DNA of 64,000 bases, taken from positions 16,678,001 through 16,742,000 of the forward strand of contig JBHGNT010000013.1 of the NCBI GenBank assembly GCA_043228905.1. Reading direction: 5' to 3'. This document shows positions 1-14,192 of this stretch, piece after piece; the stretch's first letter is position 1, and each line of letters starts with the position of its first letter. The DNA comes from Azolla caroliniana. Its lineage: Eukaryota; Plantae; Polypodiophyta. The notes beneath the pieces were generated by a model that was given only the letters and a program-made list of their open reading frames with translations, ran no database searches and was not told the DNA's origin. The position numbers and the translations under genes are program-made.

Positions 1-1882
1 ATACTCGCTCACACAAGGTCCGATTATATCTTTCTACCACCCCATTTGATGAAGGGTTATATGGAGTTGTAAGCTCTCTTTTAATACCATGTAAGTCACA
101 ATAGGACTTAAATTCTGCAGATGTAAACTCATCCCCATTATCTGTTCTGAGACATTTCAATTTTGTCCCTTTTTGAGTAGTCACAAATGCATGAAAAGAT
201 TTAAATGCATCAAATGCATCACCTTTTCTTTTCATCAAGTACACCCAAATCTTCCTAGAATAATCATCGATAAAGGAAATAAAATATGCAGCACCGCCCA
301 ATGATTTTACAGGCATGCTACATACATCAGAATGCACCAAATCTAGCACATTTGGTTTACGAGAGATACTAGAATAATAAGAACTTCTCACTTGTTTGCC
401 AAATAGACAATCATTACAAAAAACCAGCTTTGATCCTTTAACATCAAATCTTTTTAGAGCAGAAAGGACTTCAAGTCCTTTTTGGCTCATATGTCCTAAT
501 CTCTTATGCCAAAGATCTCAGAGAGTCAAATTCAACAATAGCAAGAAACTTTCCAAGTAAAGCTTTACATTGCAAACAGTACAGAGTGCCCTTTTTGCAA
601 CCTTCCACAATAACCATAGATCCCTTCTTTAGTTTCCACAATCCACCACCGAATAATGTGGTGTAACCATGCAAATCCATCTGTCCTACAGATAGCAAAC
701 TTTTCTTAATGCTAGGGACATACCTAACATCTTTGAGCACGAGCTCTTGACCATTATCCAAAGACAAGTGTATGGTTCCAATACCATCAATATTGCAAAA
801 ACTATTGTTACCAAGATAAACTTTTCCATAACTGCATGCGTCAAATGTGGTAAAGCACTCCAAACATGGAGTAACATCAAAAAGAAGCCCTAGAGTCTAC
901 TATCCATGTCTGTGTCAATCCATCATCGATTGACAATAAAGCATCAATAACATCTGTTTTGGTGATTTGCATGTCTTGAACATGAGCTATGAAGGCATCA
1001 CCTGTAGTACAAAGTACATCACCATCTTCACTAGATAGGTCTTCAATGATAACATTTGAAGTCATATTAGCTTTCTCTATTGTATTAAATTTATCATCTT
1101 TATTTTTCTTCTCTCCTACATTCTTCTTCCTTTCTAGTTCCATCTTCAAATATCTACAATCAGGTTTCTTATGACCTTTACAGCCACACTGATAGCATGT
1201 GATATCTTGTTGCTTTCCTTTCCCTCTACTCTTACTTCTATTTCTTTGTCCTACATTTGGGTTCCTCTTATCATATCTCCCCCTAATATTGTATGCTGAA
1301 CCACTACCTTCTCAGTTAGATTGTCTTCTAATCTCTTCACTGAGAATAGAAGGTCAAGGTGGGGCTATTAGATAGTGAAACAACTAATGTTTCCCACGAA
1401 TCAGGTCAAGTCATAAGTAAGAAAATAGCTTTGAGTTTGTCATCAAAATCTAGTAATCCTGAATCTTGTAGTTGGAAGAGAGTACCTGTGAATAATGATA
1501 GATGCTCTGTTGCACCTTTCGACTCATCAAGCCTCATACTGACAAGTTTTCTCATCAAATGCACCTGATTCGCAGGAGTAGTATTCTCATAAGTTTTCTT
1601 AAGTTTCTCCCAAACTTGATGGGCAGTAATCAAGCCCTTTATATCTACAAGAATTTCATCAGAAACAGCCATTTTAATATATGTAATGGCTTTCTTATTC
1701 AGAGTGTTCCAAGCATCATATTCCATGCTCTTTGGTTTCTTTTCCACGAGAGCATCTTCACAATCTCTCAGAAAGAGGATGCCCAGCATACGCTCTCTCC
1801 ATAATTCAAAACCTTTTCCATCAAACCTCTTGATTTCAAAGAGGTTTTTCATTTCAGTTGAAGTGGAGGCCATTGCTCCCAA
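1..1882 (-). pseudogene. Degenerate copia gag-pol (gag, zinc knuckle, protease, integrase N-terminal part)
   Basis: ORF fragments 1406-1882, 877-1149 and 504-863, separated by stops and frameshifts. Confidence 0.88.
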
Positions 1883-2024
1883 GATTAATGACAGATGCCT
1901 TCAGAAAATTGAGCAGAATACCAATAGGAAAGGGTCTGACAGGTTTTTTATTTTATTTTTAAAAACTGTGTTTTCTGCTGATTCTGAATCTAAAAAAAAC
2001 AGCAAAGCAGAGGAAAGAGATTTG

Positions 2025-2036
2025 GCTCTGATGCCA
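2025..2036 (-). promoter_or_regulatory. Primer binding site (tRNA-iMet) of the copia element
   Basis: Minus strand TGGCATCAGAGC, one mismatch to the canonical TGGTATCAGAGC, abutting the LTR. Confidence 0.85.
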
Positions 2037-2509
2037 GTTAAAGGTAAAGAGGGATGTTTGAGGGGGAGCAGCTATTTATTGATGACATTCAGCAAGCAAA
2101 CAAGACTGTAGTAGAGATGAGAGTAGAGGCATAGATTTTTGGGTGTAACCAACCGCCTTGATTGGTACACAAGAAAAAAAGGTTATTATATTAGTTAGCC
2201 CTACAAAGAAAGAGGTGTATTCACATTACAAAAAGAGGTGTCTTGTCCAGGTGAACAATGTGTTCACATATACCAATAATTATCTACTTTGTGAACTAGG
2301 GGCCTTTACACCTAACAGGCACTGATGTCCATGAACTGTTCAATAGAAGATCCCTAGGACACTACACTGAGATCTGTCTATGGTATGAGGAATCATCTTT
2401 GAGGTGAAGGAGGTGGAGGGGATGAACCATACTGCAGATGGTAGGGTAATCATGGCTGGTCTAGGATGAAAATAAAGATTCTATGCTTTATTTTACCATA
2501 CTCCTAACA
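2037..2509 (-). repeat. 5' LTR of the copia element
   Basis: Lies between the PBS and a TGTTAGG start on the minus strand. The second LTR is outside the window, so boundaries are inferred. Confidence 0.65.
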
Positions 2510-3065
2510 GATCACATGGATTTGACTTTAGCTCTCGTATGTCATTTCGTCCTTTTGAAGACTTTAATATAGCATGTCATTCCATTTCTACGTATTCGTG
2601 CACATGGATCCTCTATAGGGGTGGGTGTACAAGGCTCTCTCAAGCATTTCATACCATAACGTAGTCATTGCCCATGAGTAAGTAGTAAATGTCTCAGTAT
2701 TGTTCCTGTCATTTTCAGCAGCTGAGAGAATGCATCAGCTCCTGATACTCCTCAAAATACCATTTTCTAAAGAATGAACAATTCCTTACAACTAGGCAAC
2801 TTTGCAAACATGTCAAGGATATGCAATTCGAAACTGATAGGTCAGCATGATTTAGACTCAATTCTTGGAAAAAACTCCAAACCTTCATCGGTAATCATAG
2901 ACAATATTTCGTCATCAACAGCAAATTTGATAAATGAAAAGAACTTCAGAACCAGGAGCTCAGTATAATATAAGATAAATTTGCATCAGTTGCCACAAAC
3001 TCAAAACATGAATCACACTTCAAATACAACAACTTTAGTAACAACACTAAGTTTGGATCGCTTAC

Positions 3066-4704
3066 TTGTCACCAACTCCTGGCTATCTTCGTTATCAAAA
3101 ACAATTGCTGCAGCATAGCCAGCATCTTGTGCATACTGCACCTTGGTCACAAAGCTACAACCACCACGTTCTATGAGAAGAAAGGCAGGAAATTTTGGTT
3201 CTTTTAGTTCAGCCATTTTGAGAGGTAAACATGCATTCAATGAATTCGCTGTAGCAAGAAACCCTACAAAGCCAGCACCAGAAATTCGGCGAGCTGCCAA
3301 GTAACCCAAAAAGGTATCCAAGTTATTTATCAATAATCAATCTGAAAAGGGAAACTATGTATCAATATTCAAGATTGAAAGAAGCAAATGTTAAATTTTC
3401 ACATAGATCAAATATCATTCAATATGGATGCAGAGGGTATGTATTTCATACTTCAACCCACCTATATGCCCACATGTTTCTTTATTGGGGGAGACAAAAC
3501 CCTTGTCATCTGGCATAGCTGTTAGTGAAGGAGTTTGTGCGATCCAGAAAAGTCATCAGTAAGACAAACACTTGTCACTAGAGTTGGATCTAAAAAGACT
3601 GACCATCCAAGTCAGAACCACTATCCAATGGTGTATATGATAGACCAACCGGGGAATCAAAAAAGATTACAGACATCTAATCAAGATTCTGGAATAGTTT
3701 TTCTCTCTTGCACTCGACACTCTACACTTGATTGAGAGAGTATAAGAATGAGGTTGTGGAAAATGTTTCAGGTCCAACTGAGGAGGTCGATTGAAAGTAT
3801 AGAGCCCCAAGTTAATGTCATACTTAAATTTCAAGAAATAATAAATTTGTGCATTCATGGAGAACATATAATGCACACACCCTTGTACATCGCTTGATCT
3901 ATGTTCAACCCCTCATGAAAAGAAAATTGCAAATACTACTGTCTATAGTCATTAACTTTGCATGATGAATTCGTGGACAATATGACAAGTATCGGACTAA
4001 GAGCCTCATATCATTCCAAAGCATGAGAAAGGTAACAAGGGATCAAATGTGGAACATTTTAAAGTGCTCAAAAGGTTCATTGTTTAAGAGGAAAGCAAAA
4101 CTACAAGATTGTTACAAAAAATGCTAAATCACACAAGGATACCGAAGATATGGATAATGCACATTGAAAGGCTAGCTTTATGAAACTGATGATTGGCAAA
4201 AAAGGAACCCAGCTAATGCAACTCAGAACATTCATCCAAAGACTGTAACCATTAATTCATCAATGTCAGGAACTTTGTTTCTTTGAGGCCTTTATTTATG
4301 ACGGCATATCTTTCCAGAGCTATGTTGTAAACAATGGTTTGGTTCATGTAACACCCTCACTCAAGTATTCGAAAACAATATCTCACAAAAGGTTCCTAAT
4401 TATTGCACTTACTGACTACGCATAATGTGCAACACAGACATGGACACACGTGCATGCGCGTGCGTGCACACACACACACATACAGATGCTCACAGGTGTG
4501 TGGCAATGGCATTGCTATGAGATTTGTCCTAGGGAGGGGAAGGCGCTTACCAAAGCTGGCTTCTATGTTGGGTAATGGGATGGACTGATTGGAGGGGGTG
4601 ATGAGGAGAAGGGTGGCATTGACACGAGCCCACAGGAGGGTGGCGACGACAACCCCCAGCCCCAAGAGGCTGAGCAGAACCTCCTTTCGCGGGCGCAGCA
4701 GCAT
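3066..4704 (-). CDS. RMR-type (receptor homology/PA domain, TM, RING-H2) vacuolar sorting receptor, exons 1-2; the remainder lies beyond the left edge
   Basis: Exon 1 is 4704-4551 (signal peptide MLLRPRKEVLLSLLGLGVVVATLLWARVNA...NIEASF, donor G|GTAAG). Exon 2 is 3293-3066 (acceptor cag|, PA domain FLLIERGGCSFVTKVQYAQDAGYAAAIVFDN, donor A|GTAAG). Phases are compatible. An in-frame upstream ATG exists at 4917. Confidence 0.85.
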
Positions 4705-4747
4705 ACACAAAGTGCGCGGCCAAGCTTGGCCGGAGGTGGACGATGCC

Positions 4748-5048
4748 GAGGCAGAGGCAGAGGTAGAGGTAGAGGTAGAGGTAGAGGTGCTACCACCCCA
4801 CTCCCTCTCCCTCTCCCTCTCCCTCTCCTCCCCTGTTGTCGGCATCTCCTCTGCTGCTCCCCCACATTCTTTCTTTCCTGCCTTTTTCTTTCTTTCCAAT
4901 GCTTTCCCTCTTCCCAACCTTCCCCCTCCATGTCAATCAGTCTCTCTTTCTCTCTCTCTCTCTCTGTGCGCGCCTCTGTCTCTGTCTCTGTTTCTGTCTC
5001 TCTTGTTTGGTCAGACTTCCATGTCAATCTCTGTGTCTGTCTCTCCTC
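4748..5048. repeat. Compound microsatellites (GAGGTA/GAGGCA, CTCTCC, CT, TCTGTC) in the RMR 5' region
   Basis: Directly visible simple repeats. Confidence 0.85.
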
Positions 5049-5249
5049 TTGAGTCTTGACTGTTAAAACCAATGATGGAATGGGGAAAGTACACAAAGAA
5101 GTTAGAACTCACAAAGACCAAAAGAATTGAGCATGCTATTAGGATCCCATACATACACATTTGGCCTCCCCGTACCTTGAGAGTCATGAAACAAACACAC
5201 TCGAATCTTAGCGAAACCTTGGCACTGACACCGACACCGATTCTAGCTT

Positions 5250-7080
5250 TTAAAATGCGTTCTTTGACGCCCCCTGAATGGAAACCCACAGTAAAGATAT
5301 GAATGTCCAAATGGATCTGGCCATTGGGTAAGCGATGAAACGATGTGTCCTATGTTCTTGTGACAAGACACACTGCAACAGAATATGATGATATGTGACC
5401 TTGTAGAGTTCTCTCTCTTCATGATTGCGATTTCGTGACTTCTCTAGCACTGTCAATTGCCACAAAAGAAGTCCTTTTAACTTTAGAACATATTCATTCC
5501 GCATATTCCAATTGAAGCATAGTCCCCAATACCTCAAGAAGTCAAAAATAATTTGAAAATGAGGCATTGGTTCATTGTTCTCCATATATGCAAAACCACA
5601 ATTGAAGGAAGATAGGCTTACTCCAATTAGAGACATCCACACTAAATTGATACACCTCCAAACCATCCTTGCCATTGGGCATGAAATAAATCAATGCCTA
5701 CTATGTTCCAATTCTACCAAACAAAAGAACCACGATCCTTTAGTAATGTTTCTTTTTTTTAATGCATCCCCCAATGGTAAAACTCCAACCATAACTCTCC
5801 AAATCAATACCTTGGCTCGTAGCATCAATCGAGAACACCAACTTGCCTTGATCACATGAAGCCACCAAGTAATGGGCTTATAAAAACTCCATATCTTTAT
5901 AACCCTTTCTTCCAACCACTTATGTGTGTCAATCAACTTGTGATAAGAAACATTTGTTGAGATCATAGTCAATCTCTTATTTCCAACAAACCTCCAATCA
6001 AGCTCTTGAGATCGCCCAACTAAATCAGGAATTGGCTCATACGAAGATCATATTTCGTGCAACTTATCCCAAATAAAGGTATAACCTTTTGGTATACCAA
6101 ATGTTGATCTTATTGTTTGAAAGACCATTAATCTTCTTTGTGACACCAACATAGCATTCTTAGCTGTTACCAAATCCAATCTAGCCATCTGATTAAATTG
6201 AAGGTTAAGAATATGTTTTCCTTCCCACCTCAACAACCTTGGTGTCACCAAAACCTCCATTTGTAATGAATTGACACATGCCCTTTCTTGTGGAGGATGT
6301 CATTCCACAAAATTCAACATACTTTGCCAAGATGTCAACAAATGATTAACTATCATAGACCCTGCACATTTGATATCCCTGTCAGAATTAATTACATTCC
6401 ACCAATTAGCTTCAATCTTCATGTTTCCAAGTTTAATTCCATTATTCTCTATAAAGTACACCACCATTTCTGCGCAAGGTTGTACACCCTCAAACATAAA
6501 TCGAATGAAAGTAAATCGAAAAGCCACCATATGCTCATATAGATTCAATATTGATGCCCCATCAAGACGCTTCGGGAGTACAAACATGATCCCATGCCAA
6601 CCACGACAAGACTCTTTTCCATAACAACATTCGCCTTGAGCGTGACAACATCAAGAGCTTTCTTTGACCATGGGAGCAAAGGAAGATAATAAGATACCAC
6701 ATAGACCATAATCAATTGGACCACCTTAAGTTGTACATGAAAAGGTCAAAATTGAGACCTCCAATACATAAACTTATCCTCCAACCTTTTGGATACCCAC
6801 TCAATAAGTTTCACATGAGAAACTTCCACCCCAATTGGATATCCAAGGTGACAACAAATCATACCACGATATACTATCTTTCCTGACCACCCCAACCCTA
6901 GCACATCTTGTTCTATACATGAAATGAGGACAGATTTATGCATATTAATTCTCAACCTCGAAGCATTTGAAAACAATTCCCACACATCTCTTGTCTTACT
7001 AATATTTTCCCGATTAGGTGCCAAAAACATAATATGGTCATCTGCAAGAGCTTGAATAATACATGGCTTCCTTGATGGTC
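5250..7080 (-). mobile_element. 5'-truncated, degenerate LINE (L1-like) ORF2: RT C-terminus plus zf-RVT
   Basis: Minus-strand fragments QALADDHIMFLAP (YADD-like), RINMHKS, HLGYPIG, LPKRLDGASILNL, and KVLIWRVMVGVLPLG..FCLVELEHSRH..CPMARMVW (zf-RVT). The truncation point abuts a (CT)n tract. Confidence 0.85.
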
Positions 7081-9476
7081 TCTCTCTCTCTCTCTCTCTC
7101 TCATATGTGGAAACAAACTATAATTGTAAAAGGAATTAAGAGGTTACCCAACATCCTCCTCCCGAATGTACTCACTTCATTTTACACTCCTTTTTATCAT
7201 CATAATATCATGGCTTCGCCTTGATAAAACTTTATACATGTTGTAATTCATTACTCCTGAATTAAAATACGATGCCTATGTTATGCTACTAAATGGTGGT
7301 GCATAGCATCGCGTTGGTTTGAGATTTATCTCTTAATTTTCTTATTTAGGCCTAAATCAGATTTTTTATTTCATGTAATTGTGCTCTATAGACACGTCAA
7401 TCTTTTTAATTCTATCTTGAAATTTATTTTAATGTAAAAGAAATTAGGAGGTTTGCTACATTTTATGTGCAACTACATTTTTCTAAACATTGGTATGGTC
7501 AATTTATGGTTATATAGTGCATTCATCTAAGTTGTGTAAAGAATTCCAAATGGTTCAGGTTACATTCTAAACACTTCCATGTGAGTATTGCATGTTTGCC
7601 ATGCTAATATCAATTAGTGAAAACTTTGAATGTATTAATGATGTCAAAAAATACATGTTCACATTTCAAGAGGGCTTCCAATATGCCAAAGAATTTAAAT
7701 GTCACATATTGCATTGTTGCGTACCACCTACTCTAATGTGGATGTTCAAGGATTTAACTTAAGTTACATTTTGACTAAAACTCTAGGATATCACGTCAAT
7801 TTTGTTGTCTCGCTTTTTTTATAACATTGTTCGTGACATTTCTACAAAAAAAGAAGACCTTAATGAAAGGCATTATATTTCTTGAGTTGTCATCACTTTA
7901 CTTGTGAGGGTATGCAAACTTTGTAGCTTATAGGATATTTGGGAAGGCTAACTTTATTGAGGTATGTAGGATGCTAACTCCAATAACTTCATTTCACAAT
8001 GTAATTGTACTCACAGAGTTTGTTAGCATTGCTTGTTAAAGAGTTTTACTATTGCCAACTTTGTCCGGCCATTTTAAAGATTAATTTGTTTGTATTGTGT
8101 TGGTGTGATGACACACTAAAATGATGAAGAGATTTTGTAATGAACACAACAACAAAACCATTGCTAGAGACTTAAGATCACAACATTAATCTCACAATGG
8201 ACAACAACATCAACAAATTACTCTTTACCTCGAATCTATTTGCAAATATATATAAAGTTTCCTATATGACATATAAACAGAATATGTTTTCACATTGATC
8301 TTGTCATCTCACAATGGACAAGAGCTTTACCAAATTAATCTTAAACCTCCTTGAGTCTATTTGCAAAGGTATATGGAGCCTCTTATATGACAGGTAAACA
8401 GAATATGCTTTCATGTTTTTTTGCCATCCATTATGAATAATGAATAAAGAGTTATTTAAATACGCCATACATCAAAAGTCATTTGATGTTGCGGCATGAT
8501 GGAGACACTTGTGTACAAAGAGTGCATTTTAATGAGTATGAGTTTCTTCTTCTGGTTTTTAAACTACGCAGTTTATTTGTCTTTAATTTAAAGATGGTAA
8601 ATGAATGTGACTTCTTAAATGTTATGTAGAGAGGGTGTAAAATCAGAAATTCGCTTCACATCACTATCAATCATCATTGCAGATAAACAATGCATAGCAA
8701 ATTGTATTTATCAAAAATAAAATTTACAGCCATTGTCCAAAAAGTGTGGTCATACCAACAAACAAAACTTTACACAATGTATCAATCATAAATTGCTTTG
8801 ACAGAGCTGTTGAAGCGAAAAAATAAAATTGCCAATTCATAAAGAATGCAAACTTGATTGGACAAACCCTTCAGGATTGGTTGCTTCTATGATAATAAGA
8901 ATATGCAAAAAAATCACCCTGTAACGCGTGCAAGAAAATTTGTCGTTATCATCAAAAAGGTAATCACTGCTCATCATTCATATGGCAAAACATTCGGAAA
9001 ATTCTCTCTTTCAATTTCAAGGTAGCTACCTATATTAGTCAAAGATTCCATGTGCAGATATAAATGCAGAAGGATGGGCACAAGGGAACATGCGTGTGTG
9101 AGTATTAAGAAAAGTAATATACATTTAAAGACAAATTTCCTCTCCAACGGAAATATAGTACAGAGAATTTAAAGTTGTGTTTTTGCAAATATCAGGAGGT
9201 GCCATGCACCACCTTTTATATCATTCATCAATGTCTATATATAAATTGTCTGAGGAACTGAAGATCTTCTCAATAAAAATAGTATGATGGTTAAAGCCTT
9301 ATCATCTCCTCATCAAATTCTCGAGTCTTGGACAAGCAAATTTTTTCAACCCATCCAGTGATAAGATTAGATTCTTGAGAAATTGCAGATCTCAGGCACA
9401 GCACAAAATATGTTCCGTGTATGGTGGCAATCAAACTTCAACTTGTTTACAAATTATAAACACAGATGTCGTGGAC

Positions 9477-12400
9477 TCAAGTGACTGCTGACAACAAGTT
9501 CTGGAACCACCACCTGCCATCAAGCTGCGAACGAGAAGATAATGAATTCCGTGGTGTCAGCCAGAGACATTGATCTTTCCTATCTGATCTTGATGAGCTG
9601 CACCGTGAAACAGGTGGTGCCTCATCATCAGGATCTCCACTGCATGTGAAGGATAGGTTGATCCCAGAGCAGCTTATTGTCCGAAGAGAATGGGATGATT
9701 GTGGAGAACCACTGCATCCACCAAATTCCATCTTTGGGATGGGGCCCGACAAAGTCATTGGCTCTGCCACTTGCATAGAGCAGACAGTACATAAAGAAAG
9801 AGATAAGTTTGGTTTTATGAACTCTTTTATAACCGGTGTGCAAGGAAGCTTGACAAAGGCAGTGATTTCATGTCTGCATAGAGGGCAGGGGATTGACCCT
9901 GCTGATCCCGAATTATTTGCATTACTTGTCGAGCAAAGATAGAGTGCACATTTTGTACAAAGCTCATGAGCACATCCTATAAAGAGCAAATAATTGCCAT
10001 GTTAGAGAGCATATATATGACATTGACTCTCTCTATATATGTATTTTATAAGGCATTGATTATATATATATATATATTATAAGCTTATTGACAGTGAGTG
10101 TGTGAGTAAGCATGTGTCGCGTGTGCATGCGTTCCATGACCTGTATCGATCCCTGTCAATGTGGTTATGCTTTAATGCGCATGAAAAAGCTTTAAATTCA
10201 GGCAAGTGATGCCAGGTACTTTATAGAGAAACAAAAAAACAAAATTATAAGATGCTGCTATTAAAGTTTGGTAAGGGAGTTTATTTCTCAAGTCTATCCA
10301 ACCTTTGCCTCCCCAAAGTACCATATGAGCTACAGAGTTCATATCACATCCTTATGATTGATCGGGGGTTTACTCCACACAATTCTTTATCTGAACCACT
10401 GCTTCATTATGAGAAGATTTCAGTATATTGCTCTTATGGTGTACAATCAACAGTGTTTGAATAATCTAGAAACTGCCCAGAGAACTAACATACATAAACT
10501 AACAATAGACAAGCATCCACGGAAACGTTTACAACCTTCCTATCTGCAAGAAACCTTATGAGCAAAGTTGCATGTAGTTTCATTGGTATCTAGTAAAAAT
10601 TTTCAGTGAAAATGTAAGCCTGCCATTGCACACTTCAATATTGACATCAGGAAAGGTGGTACTCAGCATAGAGTTGGAATCAGAACCCAACAGTTTACCA
10701 GAATTCAGATCATTTTAAGAAACATGGTGAGTTAAATCTAACCTATAAAAGGGCCATGGGCAAACTCCAGTTGATGGATATTACTGTAGGTAAGCTGCCC
10801 TAGCACTGACAATGGCTAGCTCATATGGGCCAAACAGAATCAAGACAAAGTTACTGCACTGGGTTTCAGATTTTCGTGTCTACAAAATTAATCAAATACT
10901 TTGGACAATGCATCTTGTTGCACACAAACTGCTATTATAAAGCTGAAAGCCATGATAACCAAGAAACACATGAGTAATATTTGCTTTTCCTAAGATTAAT
11001 AGCAGTTCCACTATAGCAATATATTAATTTTATGCAATATTCAGGAGACAAGAAAAGTACCCTCAGCAGCAACAGTGCATCTCTTTTCTAGACAAACTGC
11101 ACAAGCATCAATACCGCCTGGGCATACTTCAAGATTTCTCCATCCACATTCCCTGCACAAAAAATATTACTCAACTTGTTAATAAATGTACATCTGCTGA
11201 ATCCACCCAACTTATACAATAATTAGGTACTTCTGGTCATAGTCACCTTGCAATTCTGACAATACTCATGAGAGGAAGCGCCAAGTGACGGGATGACGGT
11301 ATAGCTGGTATTGTTACTTGAGAGTCCATATCAAGCAATGGTTCAAGCCAGTGCCTCTGCCACAGCCGTGCTACCTGTAGAGGCGTCCACCTGTTCAAAG
11401 CATGGAACATGGATTAAACCTCATGACATCTTAATGAATTTTAAAGGATATTACACTATCAATACCCATTTGAATTTTCTGCTGTTCGATTTGCTCCTCT
11501 TGACAGAAGAATCTATATAGCACAGAAATTTAAATCAGACCAAATTGAAAGCTAGAATGTTAATAAATCATTTCCAACCTGCTCTGTTGTTTACATAAAA
11601 TGCAGCAACCCAGACGTACCTGGCAGCAAGCTGTATTCCCACCACAAGCTGCATAGTGGAGAGGATGGCTTCCAATTCCTGTATATACAGATACCAAAAC
11701 AACTCATGTGATCAACACAATGCATTGTCACTTATGGACCACAAAACCCAAGCCATTTTTGCATTAAGAGATAGGCATCCCTGCATGTCCCCAACAGTTT
11801 CAACATCTAGAATCAGATGCCCCTAGCAGTTTTTGGAAAAGGGAGGGTTATTGGACAAGTTGCTGTCAACACGATAAGATACCATTATGATAGCTTGGAT
11901 ATCCCCATCCCTTGCACAGGAACAACTCTTATTAGTGAACAAACACATAGTGATTCTTACGAAACATCGAGCCATTGATGAGCTTAAAAATGCTGTTGTA
12001 TTTGGTCTCTCAGATTTCAAATTTCCTTCCTTTTTTAGAGCATGTGAGTTTGTATATGTACTGTTAGTCGGTATGAAATCGATCAAGATGAATCAGATAC
12101 AGGCCTCCTCACTCTCAATGAACACCAGCAGTGAGCCTTTTCTTGGAATTCCAGAACTTAAAGGAAGACAGAGACACATTTACCACTTCATTTTCATTTG
12201 CATCATGAGTGGCGGCAGTATCATCTTGACAGAATTTAATGTATGCTGCTTCACTGACTCAAACAGAACATACAAACGATTTTCACTTTGTTTCATCTCT
12301 AACTCTAGCTACTTTGATAATGTTAACAGACTGGCAGCAGTATCATCTTGACAAATATTTAACGTATGCTGCTTCACTGACTCAAACAGCACATACAAAC

Positions 12401-13679
12401 GATTTTCACTTTGTTTCATCTCTAACTCTAGCTACTTTGACAATGTTAACAGATAACAAAAAATGAACAAAAATATAAAAGTTGTAGCACACACAATCTC
12501 TGCCCTAAGCTTGTAATAAACCCTAGTTACCTTGCTCGATAACTTTTTCATATTAACAGAAATGAATACAAATAGAAGATTTTCTGTTCAAAAGAACTTT
12601 TCCTTGGTAAGTACCGAGGCAGAGAAATACCTATCAAATCAATGGTCGTCCCATCTTGCATTGTTGTTGCAGAGACATCAGCCATAAGATCGAGAAGCAG
12701 TAGCACACAATCTGCATGACCGTTCAATGCAGCCATGTGCAAGGCAGTTATCCCACCATCTGCTGGTCTATTTACAATCCTCGCAGTAGTGCTAGAAGAC
12801 AAATATAATTTGGCAATTTTAATTTAGTACAATTACGAACTTATCAACATTTTTGTAACATGTGTGAGAATGGACACTTGCAGAAAGGGGCACTTGGGGT
12901 AGTTTCTTACTCCTTATCTAAATAAGCTTTCACTGATGTCCCTTCATCCTCTGTGGAGCGTGGCATCCCACTCACCGAGCATGAAGAAGTGGGGAAATAA
13001 TCAGCAAAAAGAAGCCGTATACATCGAGCATGCCCATTGACAGCAGCAAAATGCAGAGCAGTGCGCCCATTGAGGTAGTCTGCCCTGATAACCTGAAAAA
13101 CTTGGCATATAGAGCTTAAAGTTCCACCTCCTAATAGAACAGTTGCACCTTTTACCTATGTCTCCACATACTTACATTAGCTTTAAAGAGAATCAATGTT
13201 TGGACCACTTCCCAATGTCCATTTCTACATGCTTGCATCAGAGCTGTCTGCAATCATGAAGTTCCAGAAATAAATCTCTTGGAAGGACATCCTGTAGAAA
13301 AGTTACAGAGAGTGTAACATCAAATCTAGTACACTTACCTGCCCACTGTAATTCCTGACATTGACTTCAACACCGCTTTCAAGCAGAAGAGAGACTATCT
13401 ACACAGAGACAAAAATGGAATAGAAACTTCTGATTTTAATGGCATGATATAAAAAACATTAGGATGCCAGATCATACCGAAAATCTAAGTAAAATGCATT
13501 ACTTCATTGTGGCCTTGTGCAGCTGCAAAATGGATGGGGGAATTGCGAACTCCAAAGGTGGAGTATTTGGCCAACCGAGGGTTGAAGTCAAGGAGGGCCT
13601 GGGCTTCCTGCAGATCGCCATCGCGAGCTGCGGACACCAACCGCTCTCCGGAAGGAGAACAACCCAAGGAGTTGCCCAT
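9477..13679 (-). CDS. XBAT32: Ankyrin-repeat RING E3 ubiquitin ligase, XBAT32/XBAT33 family (10 coding exons)
   Basis: Exons, all with GT-AG introns and consistent phases: 13679-13503, 13398-13339, 13247-13176, 13092-12911, 12791-12631, 11678-11620, 11512-11466, 11390-11247, 11152-11061, 9976-9477. N-terminus [48 protein letters not shown] is closest to XBAT32 as I recall it. RING: CAVC...[10 protein letters not shown]...CPLC. Confidence 0.92.
12211..12453. repeat. Tandem duplication (~122 bp x2) in XBAT intron 5
   Basis: GGCRGCAGTATCATCTTGAC...AATGTTAACAGA occurs twice head-to-tail. Confidence 0.9.
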
Positions 13680-14024
13680 CCTTCCTCAAAACCCTGCCTC
13701 CCCGTCCCAGTCCGGCAGCCTAATCACCACCAAGATCAATTCAATTCTCACAACAAGGAGGAGGAGGAGGAGGACCCAACATTCAATCAATCGCTCCAGC
13801 GATTTGAGTGCGGAGGATTGGGGTAAGACGAAGCCGAAGGGGCATGAGGAAGAGGCATCTGACAGACACAGAGAGGGTCTTTCGGGGGCGGCTACAGCGG
13901 ATCGGAGATGTACACCGCACAGAAGAAAGAAATCAGAGACAACAAGAGACAGAGTCTGTCTTCCCTTTGAAAAAAAAAAAAAAAACAGGAGATTGGGATT
14001 CTTTGAGTGCTTTTTAGTATAAAA

Positions 14025-14156
14025 GCAAACGCAAAGGCAAAAGCAAAAGCAAAGGCAAAGGCGAAGGCAAAAGCAAAAGCAAAAGCAAAGGCAATGGCAT
14101 GAATATGAATGAATGAATGACTCTTTATGTTCAAGAACATTACTAAAGAACATTGC

Positions 14157-14189
<33 letters not shown>
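14025..14189. repeat. (GCAAAA/GCAAAG)n and (GA)n microsatellites upstream of the XBAT gene
   Basis: Directly visible. Confidence 0.85.

Positions 14190-14192
<3 letters not shown>

Larger units (their letters stand above)
1..2509 (-). mobile_element. Ty1/copia LTR retrotransposon (5' part; runs off the left edge), inserted in intron 2 of the RMR gene
   Basis: Minus strand order: LTR (~2037-2509, plus-strand end ...CCTAACA), PBS TGGCATCAGAGC, gag (1882-1406, FDGKGFELWRERM), CCHC knuckle (~1200), protease (WIVDS), GAG-pre-integrase, integrase core (LDLVHSDV..FIDDYSRKIWVY..LRTDNGDEF). Integrase directly after protease is the copia order. Confidence 0.93.

Noticed and set aside
4563-5096. Overlapping ORFs of 100-177 aa on both strands
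   Set aside because: Artefacts of stop-free microsatellites.
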